Shown here: positions 1-8,465 of the stretch, one piece after another | Layout: every line of letters begins with the position of its first letter | Numbering within the stretch: the stretch's first letter is position 1 | Assembly (NCBI GenBank): GCA_043767805.1 | Contig: JAYUGC010000120.1 | Coordinates: 1-27,673, forward strand | Length of the DNA stretch: 27,673 nucleotides | Reading direction: 5' to 3' | Source of the DNA: Pseudomonadota bacterium | Lineage (GTDB): Bacteria; Bdellovibrionota; FAC87; UBA2466 | Translations under genes and position numbers: made by a program | Notes under the pieces: generated by a model | What the model was told of the DNA's origin: nothing | Databases searched by the model: none | What the model saw: the letters and a program-made list of their open reading frames with translations, nothing else

Positions 1-157
1 CGATAATAGCGCCACGCGACATCCTGGAGACCCACCGAACTACGTTCGGCGGGAAACCCAGAGCATGGCCATAGACCACGCTCAGGACGGCGACAGCGCG
101 CAGCAAATCCAGCCCGAAGCGACGGGCTTCGCCTTTTGGAACCACTAAATTTTGCAT
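1..157 (-). CDS. Acyltransferase-3 (OafA/YrhL-like) membrane O-acyltransferase, third tandem paralog; partial, runs off the window start
   Basis: Manual translation from ATG at 157 gives MQNLVVPKGEARRFGLDLLRAVAVLSVVYGHALGFPPNVVRWVSRMSRGAII, closely matching the N-terminus of 145..1305 (MQNLAIQNGEARRFGLDLLRAGAVLCVVLAH). Overlaps that gene's stop by 13 nt. Not in the ORF track. Confidence 0.9.
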   Translation of the reverse strand, partial: MQNLVVPKGEARRFGLDLLRAVAVLSVVYGHALGFPPNVVRWVSRMSRGAII

Positions 158-1305
158 GGAATTAGAACAAGTATACCAGCCCTGCCGGTAGGAACCAGCC
201 GGTCTCGCAGGCGGAGAAACGGGGCTTCCCACAAGTAGTAGGTGAGGCTCGCCAGCAGCACAGAGAGGGCGAACAAAAACGGGGTGAAAAAGAGAGGCTG
301 GCCGAACCACGCGCGTCCGCCTTCGGTGGCTAGAAACCCTCTAGTCGCGAGAAGGATGACTAACGCATGACTCAAGTAGAGCGAGTAAGAGGTGGTGCTC
401 ACGTAGGTCACTGCCGCCGCGAACGGGCGGAGGGCCGGCCGCTTCATGGCGTGGAAACACGGGAGCAGGAGCGCGAAGCAAAGGGAAGTGAACGGAAAGA
501 AGAAAACCTGCAGCCAAGGCGAGGCCACTAAGCCCGGGAAATCAAAATACGAGTAGAACGATAGCCCGGCGATCAGGCAAAAGGGAATCGCGGACTGGCG
601 CCGCACTCGCTCCCACACCACGGGAAAATATTTGTAGAGCACCGCCGCCCCTACCCCATACATCAAGGAATCGAGCCGAAGGAAGACGACCTGCCGTAGC
701 TTGCCGTCGAAGTCGCTCCATTTCAGGCCAGGCGGGGACAAGCCTTTCAGCACCAAAGGGACTAAGAGAAAAACAGCTGCGCTCCAGATCAACCTAGGCA
801 GCGGCTTTGTCGACGAGCGAGCTAAAAGGAAGCAAAGGAGGGGAAAGAGCAGATAGAAATGTTCCTCGATGCTCAAAGTCCACGCCACGCCGAAAAACGG
901 TGGGCTCTCCCAGGCAAAGTTCTGCAAAAAGAAAATGAAATTCAAGCGCTGCGGAATCAGCCGCAGGTCACCGGCTACGCAAATGTGATGGATGACTAAA
1001 AAGAGGTAATACAAAGGAAGGGTACGCATCCACCGCCTTGCCCAAAAATGCAGGAGATCACGGGAGGTGCGGAAGCGCCCGGCACGAATTTGATCGATGA
1101 GCAGACCGCCGATGAGAAAGCCGCTCAACACGAAAAAGAGCTCCACCGCGAGAATGGCCAAACGGGAGAATCTGATGATCCAGTAGGGAACGTTGTCCGG
1201 GCACCCCACATCGTGGGCAAGGACCACGCAGAGGACCGCCCCCGCGCGAAGCAAATCCAGCCCGAAGCGCCGGGCTTCGCCATTTTGAATCGCTAAATTT
1301 TGCAT
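145..1305 (-). CDS. Acyltransferase-3 family membrane O-acyltransferase (standalone, no SGNH domain)
   Basis: Family motifs GLDLLR..H, FFVLSGFLI, RRWMRTLPLYY, WTLSIEEHFY and SYSLYLSH; roughly 10 hydrophobic segments; 386 aa. Confidence 0.93.
   Translation of the reverse strand: MQNLAIQNGEARRFGLDLLRAGAVLCVVLAHDVGCPDNVPYWIIRFSRLAILAVELFFVLSGFLIGGLLIDQIRAGRFRTSRDLLHFWARRWMRTLPLYYLFLVIHHICVAGDLRLIPQRLNFIFFLQNFAWESPPFFGVAWTLSIEEHFYLLFPLLCFLLARSSTKPLPRLIWSAAVFLLVPLVLKGLSPPGLKWSDFDGKLRQVVFLRLDSLMYGVGAAVLYKYFPVVWERVRRQSAIPFCLIAGLSFYSYFDFPGLVASPWLQVFFFPFTSLCFALLLPCFHAMKRPALRPFAAAVTYVSTTSYSLYLSHALVILLATRGFLATEGGRAWFGQPLFFTPFLFALSVLLASLTYYLWEAPFLRLRDRLVPTGRAGILVLIPCKI
170..178 (-). promoter_or_regulatory. 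Extended -10 element TGGTATACT for the third acyltransferase
   Basis: TGn-TATACT lies exactly 12 nt upstream of ATG 157, the same geometry as in the two other paralogs. Confidence 0.55.
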
Positions 1306-1317
1306 GGGAGTACTGAA

Positions 1318-1326
1318 ATTATATCA
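1318..1326 (-). promoter_or_regulatory. Extended -10 element TGATATAAT for the second acyltransferase
   Basis: Perfect TATAAT preceded by TGn, 12 nt upstream of ATG 1305. Its TGA is also the stop codon of the upstream paralog. Confidence 0.6.
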
Positions 1327-2529
1327 GTATCGCCGGCCGAGCTCCGCGCGCGCAGCGCCTATTGGCTCAGACGGGAGAGCGGGAGCGCCCACGGGGCCGC
1401 CGCGCTCGTTCGGAACCCACCGGGCTCGCAGCCAGAGAAAAGGACATTCCCAGCAATGATAAAAGAAGGCCCCGACAGGAAGGGAGAGCAGGAGCAAGAA
1501 CGGAACGATAAACACTGGCTGTTCGAGTAACGCTCTTCCGGCAGCCAAATGCTTCAACGCGCCCTTGGTGACAGAAAATAGCCAAACGTGGCTAAGGTAG
1601 AGGGAATAGGAAATCGTACTCAGGTAGGTAACCGCGGCGGCTACCCGAGGCGAAGAGGGACGCTTCATCGCGTAAAACCAGGGAAGCACGAGCGCGAAAC
1701 CCAAGCCTGTGAGCGGGTAGTAAAAGACCTGCACCCAACGTGAGCCAAACAGCGAAGGATAGTCGATATAGAGCCACAGTGAGGCACCGGCGATCAGCAA
1801 AAACCCGAAGGTGGGACTAGACCGCAGACGATCCCAGACGCGGGGAAGCAACTTAAAGACGAAGGCCATCCCCACTCCGTAAATCAAGGAGTCGAGACGA
1901 AGCAAGGTGACTTGGCGTAACTTCCAGTCGAAATCGCTCAACTCGTTGTCCGCCGGCACCGCCACTCTCAGTAGTAGCGGAATAAGAAGAAAAAGGGCGG
2001 AAGCCGCCAGAAAACCGCGTAACGACCTGCTCGACCAGCGAGCCAGAATAAAACACAAGAGTGGAAAGAAAACATAGAAGTGTTCTTCCACACACAAGCT
2101 CCACGCTAGACGAAAAAAATCAGAGCCACGGGAGGCGAAATTCTGAAGGAAGAAAACGAATTTCAGATGACCCTGCAGAAGATTGAGATCGCCGTGCTCG
2201 TAAAAATAGTAAATGAACAGAAAAAGATAGTAGAGCGGCAGAGTGCGCAGCCATCTCCTCCCCCAAAAGTGGGCCAGATCGCCCCACGTGCGAAGGTGCC
2301 CAGCGAGAACTCGCTCGATCAGCAGCCCGCCGATGAGAAAACCGCTCAAAACAAAAAACAACTCGAGGCCCAGCGTGCCGACATACGCCACCTTCGTTGC
2401 CCACGCAGCCACCCTAGGGGATCCCCACACCGCATGACTGAAAATGAAGTACAACGCCGCGCCTCCGCGAAGCAAATCTAGGCCGAAGCGACGAGACTCG
2501 CCGTAGGGAGCTTGATTGAAAATGGGCAT
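1324..2529 (-). CDS. Acyltransferase-3 family membrane O-acyltransferase (standalone)
   Basis: Same motifs (GLDLLR..SH, FFVLSGFLI, RRWLRTLPLYY, WSLCVEEHFY, SYSLYLSH). Start moved from TTG 2541 to ATG 2529 on the basis of the paralog alignment and promoter position. Confidence 0.93.
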   Translation of the reverse strand: MPIFNQAPYGESRRFGLDLLRGGAALYFIFSHAVWGSPRVAAWATKVAYVGTLGLELFFVLSGFLIGGLLIERVLAGHLRTWGDLAHFWGRRWLRTLPLYYLFLFIYYFYEHGDLNLLQGHLKFVFFLQNFASRGSDFFRLAWSLCVEEHFYVFFPLLCFILARWSSRSLRGFLAASALFLLIPLLLRVAVPADNELSDFDWKLRQVTLLRLDSLIYGVGMAFVFKLLPRVWDRLRSSPTFGFLLIAGASLWLYIDYPSLFGSRWVQVFYYPLTGLGFALVLPWFYAMKRPSSPRVAAAVTYLSTISYSLYLSHVWLFSVTKGALKHLAAGRALLEQPVFIVPFLLLLSLPVGAFFYHCWECPFLWLRARWVPNERGGPVGAPALPSEPIGAARAELGRRY

Positions 2530-2541
2530 GGGAGTACCCAA

Positions 2542-2550
2542 ATTATAGCA
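2542..2550 (-). promoter_or_regulatory. Extended -10 element TGCTATAAT for the first acyltransferase
   Basis: Consensus TGnTATAAT, 12 nt upstream of ATG 2529. Confidence 0.62.
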
Positions 2551-2583
2551 GCCCCGGCGACTAAGCCGCAGCCCGCGGAGCGC

Positions 2584-4035
2584 CTAGATCTGGTGGACCT
2601 TGATGGTGTTGGTGGAACCGTGCGCAAGGCGGGGCAAACCCGCCGTGATGACGATCTTATCGCCGCTGCCGCAGAGGTTCAGCGCGAGTAGGCGCTGCCC
2701 GACCGCCTCGAACACCGCCGTCTGGGAAATGAGCGATTCCATGTCTTCCATGAGAATGCCTTCCACGCCCCATTTTAAAGCAAGCTGATGATAAGTCTCC
2801 TTGCTTCCCGTGATGGCGAGGATGCGGCTCTTCGGCCGACACTTGGACACCAAAGACACCGAGCTACCCGATTGGGTGACCACCACGATGTTTTTCGCGT
2901 TGAGAATCGACGACAGACGCACGGCGCTTTGGAGAATCGCGATTTGGTTCTGTCCGGACGCGTTCAACTCCCATTCGTTGAAGAGAATCGGCTGAGCGCC
3001 GACTTCCAATTCCATTTCCTGGATGATCTTCACCATCATCTTCACGGAATCAACCGGGTACTTGCCGATGGTGGTCTCGTTCGAAAGCATGAGGCAGTCG
3101 GCGCCGTCGACCACCGCGTTGGCGACGTCGGAAGCTTCCGCGCGCGTCGGGCGCGGGTTATCGACCATGGACATGAGCATCTGGGTTGCAATGATGACCG
3201 TCTTCCCGCGCACGTTGCAGCGGCGAACGATTTTCTTTTGCAAAGCGGGGACGCGCTCGTTGCCCACTTCCACCGCCAAATCGCCGCGCGCGACGAGAAT
3301 GCCGTCGGAAGCGTCGATGATGCCGTTCAAATTCGTGAGCGCGTCTTGTTTCTCGATTTTCGCGAGCACCTGGATGCGGCTATTGCGGCTCGCCAGGAAA
3401 TTCTTCAAATGGCGCACTTCTTGTTCGGTGCGCACGAAGGACATGGCGATGTAATCGACTCCCTGTTCGAGAGCGAACAAGATGTCCTCGTAGTCTTTTT
3501 CGGTGATGGCGGTCGCCGAGAAGGAAACCTCGGGAACGTTGATGCCCTTATTGGGAAAGAGTTCGCCGCCGTCGATGATGAGACATTTCAAGACCGTGCC
3601 TTGACGCTCGAGCACGCGCATGGACATTAGGCCGTCGTCCAAAAGAATAGTCGAGCCGGGACCGACGTCTTTGACGAAATCGCGGTACGGCGTCGGAATG
3701 AGAATGCGGCCGTCGGGCTGTACGCCGCCTTCGATGGGCTCGGTCGTCATCCAGACTTCGGCGTTTTGAGGAAGGGTCACCCTTCCCCCTTTCAGCTTTC
3801 CGACCCGGAGCTTGGGTCCTTGAATGTCGGCCATGATGCCGATGGGCCGGCCCAGCTGCGCTTCCACCGACCGGATCTCCTGGATGAGTCGAGTGAAGTC
3901 CGCGTGGTTACCGTGAGAGAAGTTGAGCCGGGCGACATCCATGCCGGCCATGGCCAGTTTATAGAGCATGTCCCTATCGTTGGAGACGGGGCCCATTGTG
4001 CAAATAATCTTAGTGCGACGCGGTGAGACTGCCAT
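2584..4035 (-). CDS. pyk: Pyruvate kinase
   Basis: Motifs RRTKIICTMGP, ARLNFSHG, DIQGPKLR, AKIE, VARGDLAVE, ATQMLMSM, PTRAEASDVANAVVDG and a C-terminal GSTN. Confidence 0.98.
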   Translation of the reverse strand: MAVSPRRTKIICTMGPVSNDRDMLYKLAMAGMDVARLNFSHGNHADFTRLIQEIRSVEAQLGRPIGIMADIQGPKLRVGKLKGGRVTLPQNAEVWMTTEPIEGGVQPDGRILIPTPYRDFVKDVGPGSTILLDDGLMSMRVLERQGTVLKCLIIDGGELFPNKGINVPEVSFSATAITEKDYEDILFALEQGVDYIAMSFVRTEQEVRHLKNFLASRNSRIQVLAKIEKQDALTNLNGIIDASDGILVARGDLAVEVGNERVPALQKKIVRRCNVRGKTVIIATQMLMSMVDNPRPTRAEASDVANAVVDGADCLMLSNETTIGKYPVDSVKMMVKIIQEMELEVGAQPILFNEWELNASGQNQIAILQSAVRLSSILNAKNIVVVTQSGSSVSLVSKCRPKSRILAITGSKETYHQLALKWGVEGILMEDMESLISQTAVFEAVGQRLLALNLCGSGDKIVITAGLPRLAHGSTNTIKVHQI

Positions 4036-4043
4036 GGGTCGGC

Positions 4044-4072
4044 AGCATAGCCAGACGACTCCAGCGTGTAAA
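4044..4072 (-). promoter_or_regulatory. Sigma70-like promoter of pyk (TTTACA-17-TATGCT), 8 nt from the ATG
   Basis: -35 and -10 hexamers with a 17-nt spacer; no Shine-Dalgarno before ATG 4035. Confidence 0.5.
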
Positions 4073-4080
4073 CGCCAAGC

Positions 4081-4608
4081 TTACTGAAGATAGAAGGTGG
4101 CGAAATGAACGTTGCGGATGACCGGCTGATTCACCAGCTTATTGATGCGGGAGACGAGGATTTCCTTGAAGGAAAGCTTGCCCGGCAGGGTACGGAGGGC
4201 GTCGTAAGGCTGTTCCATGGCGGCCTGAAGAACCAAGTCGCGAACGGCCGGGCGAAACTTATCGACGGTGTCCCGGCCTTTTTCCTCGAAGAGCTCGAGC
4301 TCGAGGTTGACCACGAGAGACCGAGTGCGCTCGGGCGTCTTGCCGAGGCTCACATAAACTTCATCGAGGGCGACCACCGGGGAAACCGGTCCATGGTAGG
4401 CAGCGGGAGCTCTGTCCCCTTCGGCCGCGGGCTTGGCTTTCCCGTGCTGAACGTCCGCCGCGACGGCTTCTTGAAGCGCGGCCATCGTCTCCAGTGTCGG
4501 AACGGGAGTCGAGACCATCTGCCAGGTCTTCCAAAGCACGCCATAGGTCAACGCGGTCGAGACTACCGCGGCTACTAAGACCAGAGTTTTAAGATTGGCG
4601 CTTCTCAT
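4081..4608 (-). CDS. fliL: Flagellar basal body-associated FliL family protein
   Basis: N-terminal transmembrane helix, then LDEVYVSL..LVVNLELEL..PAVRDLVL..YDALRTLPGKLSFKEILVSRINKLV..IRNVHFATFYLQ, the typical FliL C-terminal pattern. Confidence 0.85.
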   Translation of the reverse strand: MRSANLKTLVLVAAVVSTALTYGVLWKTWQMVSTPVPTLETMAALQEAVAADVQHGKAKPAAEGDRAPAAYHGPVSPVVALDEVYVSLGKTPERTRSLVVNLELELFEEKGRDTVDKFRPAVRDLVLQAAMEQPYDALRTLPGKLSFKEILVSRINKLVNQPVIRNVHFATFYLQ

Positions 4609-4732
4609 GGGAGGCTCTACTCACAGACCTCAGTATAACGCACATCGACGCAGTGTATTAAATTGAGACGAAAACAGTAAGATGCGGCAAGCCTGCGTGA
4701 TAGACTTGCGCTACAATTTAAAGCGAAATCCA

Positions 4733-6133
4733 ATGGATACTCTCACCCGCTCCTTTCTACTTTGTGTGGCCCTCTTCACAATTGGGCTGGCAGCGCGCGC
4801 CGAAGACGTCCCCGATCTGAAAGAGCCCCAGACCAACAAGCCCATCAGCATCGAGACGACCGAAGAGACAAGCGAAAGAGTCTGGGCGGTGGAGTCCATC
4901 CGCCGGTCCAACTACATCTATCCCTCGAACTACGGCACCCCAGGCCTCTTTCGGGTACGGTCGGCGGAGAGCTTGCCCCAGGGCGCGCTCACCTTCGGCG
5001 TGGGCGGCGAGTTTTACTGGATCGATTCCGCGCCGAACTTTCTCGGAAGCTCCACCGCGAAGACCATCGCGGAGAGTCTCTTCATCGGCTACTCGCCGGT
5101 CGAGCATTTGACCGTCGCCATTCAGCGCCGCAACTCCTCGACGACCTTGGGCGCGCCTCAGCAGCTCATCTCGTCGCTCGGAGATTTCACCTTTTCCGGT
5201 TTGTACTCGTTTCAGCTGGGTCAATCGATGGCCATCGCGCCCATCTTGGAAGTGATGGTGGCCTCCAACTTCAATAGTCTCGCGCCGGCGGGAACGACGC
5301 TGAGCCTCGGCGTCGGTGGTGCGTTTACTTACAGTTTGTATCAAGCGGTGGGCGTGCCGTTGTTCCTGCACGCGAACTTGAAGTACTCGATGCCGCAAAT
5401 CAGGACGAGCAAAGCGGGCGGGCTCGAGCCCGAGATTTATTTCAACTTCAGCCGCTTTCACTCCGTTACTTTCGGTTTAGGCGCGGAGTACGTAGTGTCC
5501 GAGTCCTTCATTCCTTTCATAGAATTTCAGCACTCGGGACAAGCGAACGCGCCGCTTGTGAACTTCTTCAACTCGCCTTTGAAGTTCAGTCTCGGCACTC
5601 GCTTCATGCCGCTCGAGAACAAGAGCCTCGCCTTCCTACTCGGCGCGGACGTCGGCTTGAAGCGCCCGGAAAGCCCGGGCGTGCCTTTCACGCCGCCTTA
5701 CCAAGTTCTGGGCCAGGTGAGCTACACCTTCGGTCTCGATCAGACGGAGCGTAAGCATTACCTCACCACGAATGACGTGAACATCGTCGATCGCAAGTTC
5801 GTCATCCGCAAAAAAGTGGAGTTCAAGTTAAACAGCGCGGTTTTGGAAAACCGCAGCACCGGCCTTCTCGACGAGATCGCAAGCGTCATCAAAAAGAACC
5901 AGGTGAAGAAGCTCCTCATCGTCGGGCACACGGACTCGACGCACACCGAAGATTACAACTTGAAGCTTTCTCTCGATCGCGCGAACACGGTGCGATCGTA
6001 TCTCATCCACCGGGGCGTTCACGAGGACGTCCTCATGACTCAAGGCTTCGGCAAGCGTAAGCCCATCGCTCCCAATACGACGGAAGCGGGACGCGCCAAA
6101 AACCGCCGGGTCGAGTTCTTCATTCTCGAATAG
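4733..6133 (+). CDS. OmpA-family outer-membrane protein (signal peptide, predicted beta-barrel, C-terminal OmpA-like peptidoglycan-binding domain)
   Basis: Signal peptide MDTLTRSFLLCVALFTIGLAARA; amphipathic beta-strand-rich middle; C-terminal F..NSA.L, VGHTDS, NLKLSLDRANTVR, GFGKRKPIA, NRRVEF. Start set at ATG 4733 rather than 4682 because a TACAAT -10 lies between the two. Confidence 0.9.
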   Translation: MDTLTRSFLLCVALFTIGLAARAEDVPDLKEPQTNKPISIETTEETSERVWAVESIRRSNYIYPSNYGTPGLFRVRSAESLPQGALTFGVGGEFYWIDSAPNFLGSSTAKTIAESLFIGYSPVEHLTVAIQRRNSSTTLGAPQQLISSLGDFTFSGLYSFQLGQSMAIAPILEVMVASNFNSLAPAGTTLSLGVGGAFTYSLYQAVGVPLFLHANLKYSMPQIRTSKAGGLEPEIYFNFSRFHSVTFGLGAEYVVSESFIPFIEFQHSGQANAPLVNFFNSPLKFSLGTRFMPLENKSLAFLLGADVGLKRPESPGVPFTPPYQVLGQVSYTFGLDQTERKHYLTTNDVNIVDRKFVIRKKVEFKLNSAVLENRSTGLLDEIASVIKKNQVKKLLIVGHTDSTHTEDYNLKLSLDRANTVRSYLIHRGVHEDVLMTQGFGKRKPIAPNTTEAGRAKNRRVEFFILE

Positions 6134-6159
6134 ATACCTGGGCGATACCCGGATAGAAT
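6131..6159 (+). promoter_or_regulatory. Putative promoter TAGATA-17-TAGAAT, 6 nt before ATG 6166 (leaderless geometry)
   Basis: Hexamer spacing fits and there is no SD. The -10 is flanked by a CCCGG/CCGGG inverted repeat. Confidence 0.45.
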
Positions 6160-6165
6160 CCCGGG

Positions 6166-6999
6166 ATGCTCACCTATTGGATGATGTTAGCCAGTACCCT
6201 CTGGGCCTTCGCCGCAACCCCGGTCACGTTCCAAATGAAGGGAAAGCAGGTTGCCGCGTGGGAGAAGCCCCAGCTCGAAGCCAAAGCGCCTGCTTTTGAA
6301 GTCGAAGTGTGGGAGCCGCACGAAAAGAAACTCGTGAAGTACCGCGGCTACTCCTTCCAGCGCCTACTCACCGCCGCTTACGGCGACAGCTGGAAAAAGC
6401 AGGAAGAAATTCTTTTTACCTGCAGTGACGGGTATCAACCCTCGGTGCCGGTGAGCCGTTTCCTGAACCAGCCCGCCATTCTCACGTTCGAGCGCGTCGG
6501 CTCGGCGGACTTCGAGCTGACCAATACGCTCCAGGGCGACGAAAAAGTGCGCGTCGGCCCTTATTACTTGGTTTGGGACAACGCCACCGATCCGGAAAAG
6601 GAAGTCAAAGGCGCGAATGGGTGGCCCTATCAAGTGGAGAAGGTCGACCTAGTGCGCTTCAGCGATCGCTTTCCGCAGATGTCGCCGCCCGCCACCTCCG
6701 GCGCGAAGGTGCTCGCTGGCTTCAATGCCTTCCGCGAACAGTGCGCGAACTGCCACAGCGTGAATGGCGATGGCGGCTTAAAAGGCATCGAGCTCAATTA
6801 CCCGGTGAGTGTCACCGAGTACTTCAAGCGCAAGTGGCTCAAGCAATGGATTCTGGACCCGACGAAGATGCGCCTAAAAACGGCAATGCCGGCGCTCAAC
6901 TACGGCCTCAAAGATCGGCTACTGCTCGCCGACAACATCGTGGCGTATCTGGATACCATGTCTCGCAACAAGAAAGCGCCTCAGGAGCCCGCAAAATGA
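6166..6999 (+). CDS. Periplasmic monoheme c-type cytochrome with an N-terminal molybdopterin-oxidoreductase-like domain
   Basis: Signal peptide; YRG.S...LL, C.DGY, GPYYLVW and WPYQV motifs in the N-domain; CANCH heme-binding motif and distal MP (TAMPAL) in the C-domain. Confidence 0.82.
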   Translation: MLTYWMMLASTLWAFAATPVTFQMKGKQVAAWEKPQLEAKAPAFEVEVWEPHEKKLVKYRGYSFQRLLTAAYGDSWKKQEEILFTCSDGYQPSVPVSRFLNQPAILTFERVGSADFELTNTLQGDEKVRVGPYYLVWDNATDPEKEVKGANGWPYQVEKVDLVRFSDRFPQMSPPATSGAKVLAGFNAFREQCANCHSVNGDGGLKGIELNYPVSVTEYFKRKWLKQWILDPTKMRLKTAMPALNYGLKDRLLLADNIVAYLDTMSRNKKAPQEPAK

Positions 7000-7442
7000 A
7001 ACCCGCTCAGCTAAAAACCCTGCAGATGATTTGGGCCATCTTTTTGGTCTCGCCCGGAATGCATGCCTACGTGCTTCGCCTGAAGCTCTCGACCCCGGCT
7101 GAAGTTTTTCCGGGAGTCAGTCCTCTGCCATTTCAAATCGTCGCGGTGGTGCTGGCGTTATTTACGCTTCTCATCTGGCGAGGCGGGCTCGCGCCGCAAA
7201 ACTTGCGCAAAGCGGGAACGACGGAAGACAAGCTCACCGCGCGCTGGTTCACGACGCATCTCTTGCTTTTCATTCTTGCCGAGTCCATCAGTCTCGTGGG
7301 CTTGATGCTCGGGTTCATTTGCCAAGAGATCACCCTCGCCTACCCGCTCATGGCGACATCGGCGCTACTCGTCGGCATCATGTACCCGAGCCCGGCGACA
7401 CTGGACGCCGCGATCAAGCAACGTGATCCGCAGGTGAAATGA
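6996..7442 (+). CDS. Hypothetical membrane protein (about 4 TM, 148 aa)
   Basis: ATGA start/stop overlap with the cytochrome c gene; hydrophobic helices. The longer 6573 start in the ORF track overlaps the cytochrome gene and is rejected. Confidence 0.75.
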   Translation: MKPAQLKTLQMIWAIFLVSPGMHAYVLRLKLSTPAEVFPGVSPLPFQIVAVVLALFTLLIWRGGLAPQNLRKAGTTEDKLTARWFTTHLLLFILAESISLVGLMLGFICQEITLAYPLMATSALLVGIMYPSPATLDAAIKQRDPQVK

Positions 7443-8427
7443 CATCGCCCACGAAGCGCCCTTTAGGCCGCTTCTGCGCTTGCATCACCTTGGGCTCCCG
7501 CTTCATCTTGATTTTCGCCTCTCGCGGCAAGATCCAAACGGGGCACTTGGCCGCTCGCACCAGCTGACGGCCCGTGCTGCCCGCGAGCACTGCTTCGAGC
7601 TCTCCTTTGGTGGAGGCCACGCAAACGAGACGAGCCTTCAATTTGTGCCCCACCGCCGCTAGAGCGGTAGCCGCCGAATCGCCTTTCTTGACGACGAGAG
7701 TTTCCACTCTGAGGCCAGTCGTCTGAAGATCGGCTTTGAGCGCATCGAGTTTCTTCTGCGCCTCTTCCCACGTTTCACCCACACGCTGCAGATAGATGGG
7801 GGTCCCGCTCAGCGGTTCGACCATGTAGGCAAGTCCCGGCTGAACGAAATGAGTCAGGACGATTTTCGATTTCGTTCTGACAGCTAGCGGAACCAGATGG
7901 CGAGCGGCCCGGTTGCTTTCGCGCGAGAAGTCCGTCCCGAAAACAATCGGGCCGTGGAGAGAGGCGCTTCCCGGCGGAATCGCCACGATCGGAATCGGAG
8001 AGTGCATGAGCATGGTCTCCGTAAAACTCCCCAGGAGAAGGCGCGCGACTCCCTTTCTTCCATAAGTGCCCGCGAAGATGGCGGTCGCTTTCAGCTGTTT
8101 CGCGCGCTCGATGAGCGTATTGACTTCGCTATTTAGAGAGTAACCGTGGGCGAGAATCACTTCCGGAGCGCGCAGGCCGGAGAGTTTCACTCTGGAAAGC
8201 ATGCGTTGCACGCGCACTAACGCCGATTCCCGTAACTCATCATCGGTGGGCACTCCCAAAACGGAAGCCACCCGGATGCGGTCTTTTGAGACGACATACA
8301 ACGGGTAGATGGTGACTTGCCCGCCCCTCGCCCAGCCTTTTAAGACATCCGCTACTTTTCTCTGACTAATGGGATGCTCGGACAAAGCATCGAACGCCCA
8401 AACCAAAACTGTCGCTTTTTCGCTCAT
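7414..8427 (-). CDS. Tandem-domain universal stress protein
   Basis: Two USP domains (VLVWAFD...GTYGRKGVARLLLGSFTETML..SPIPIVAIP; IVFGTDFS...LAGSTGRQLVRAAKCPVWILP). A GGAGG SD precedes ATG 8427. Confidence 0.9.
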   Translation of the reverse strand: MSEKATVLVWAFDALSEHPISQRKVADVLKGWARGGQVTIYPLYVVSKDRIRVASVLGVPTDDELRESALVRVQRMLSRVKLSGLRAPEVILAHGYSLNSEVNTLIERAKQLKATAIFAGTYGRKGVARLLLGSFTETMLMHSPIPIVAIPPGSASLHGPIVFGTDFSRESNRAARHLVPLAVRTKSKIVLTHFVQPGLAYMVEPLSGTPIYLQRVGETWEEAQKKLDALKADLQTTGLRVETLVVKKGDSAATALAAVGHKLKARLVCVASTKGELEAVLAGSTGRQLVRAAKCPVWILPREAKIKMKREPKVMQAQKRPKGRFVGDVISPADHVA

Positions 8428-8465
8428 GTTTCCTCCTGAGTCTGCCACCAACCGGAAGAAAAGCG

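Noticed and set aside
2788..3630. Long antisense or alternate-frame ORFs (for example 2788..3630, 8541..9284, 9281..10081, 11180..11851, 25473..26198)
   Set aside because: They are shadows of well-supported genes, expected from GC-rich codon bias, and show no family motifs.
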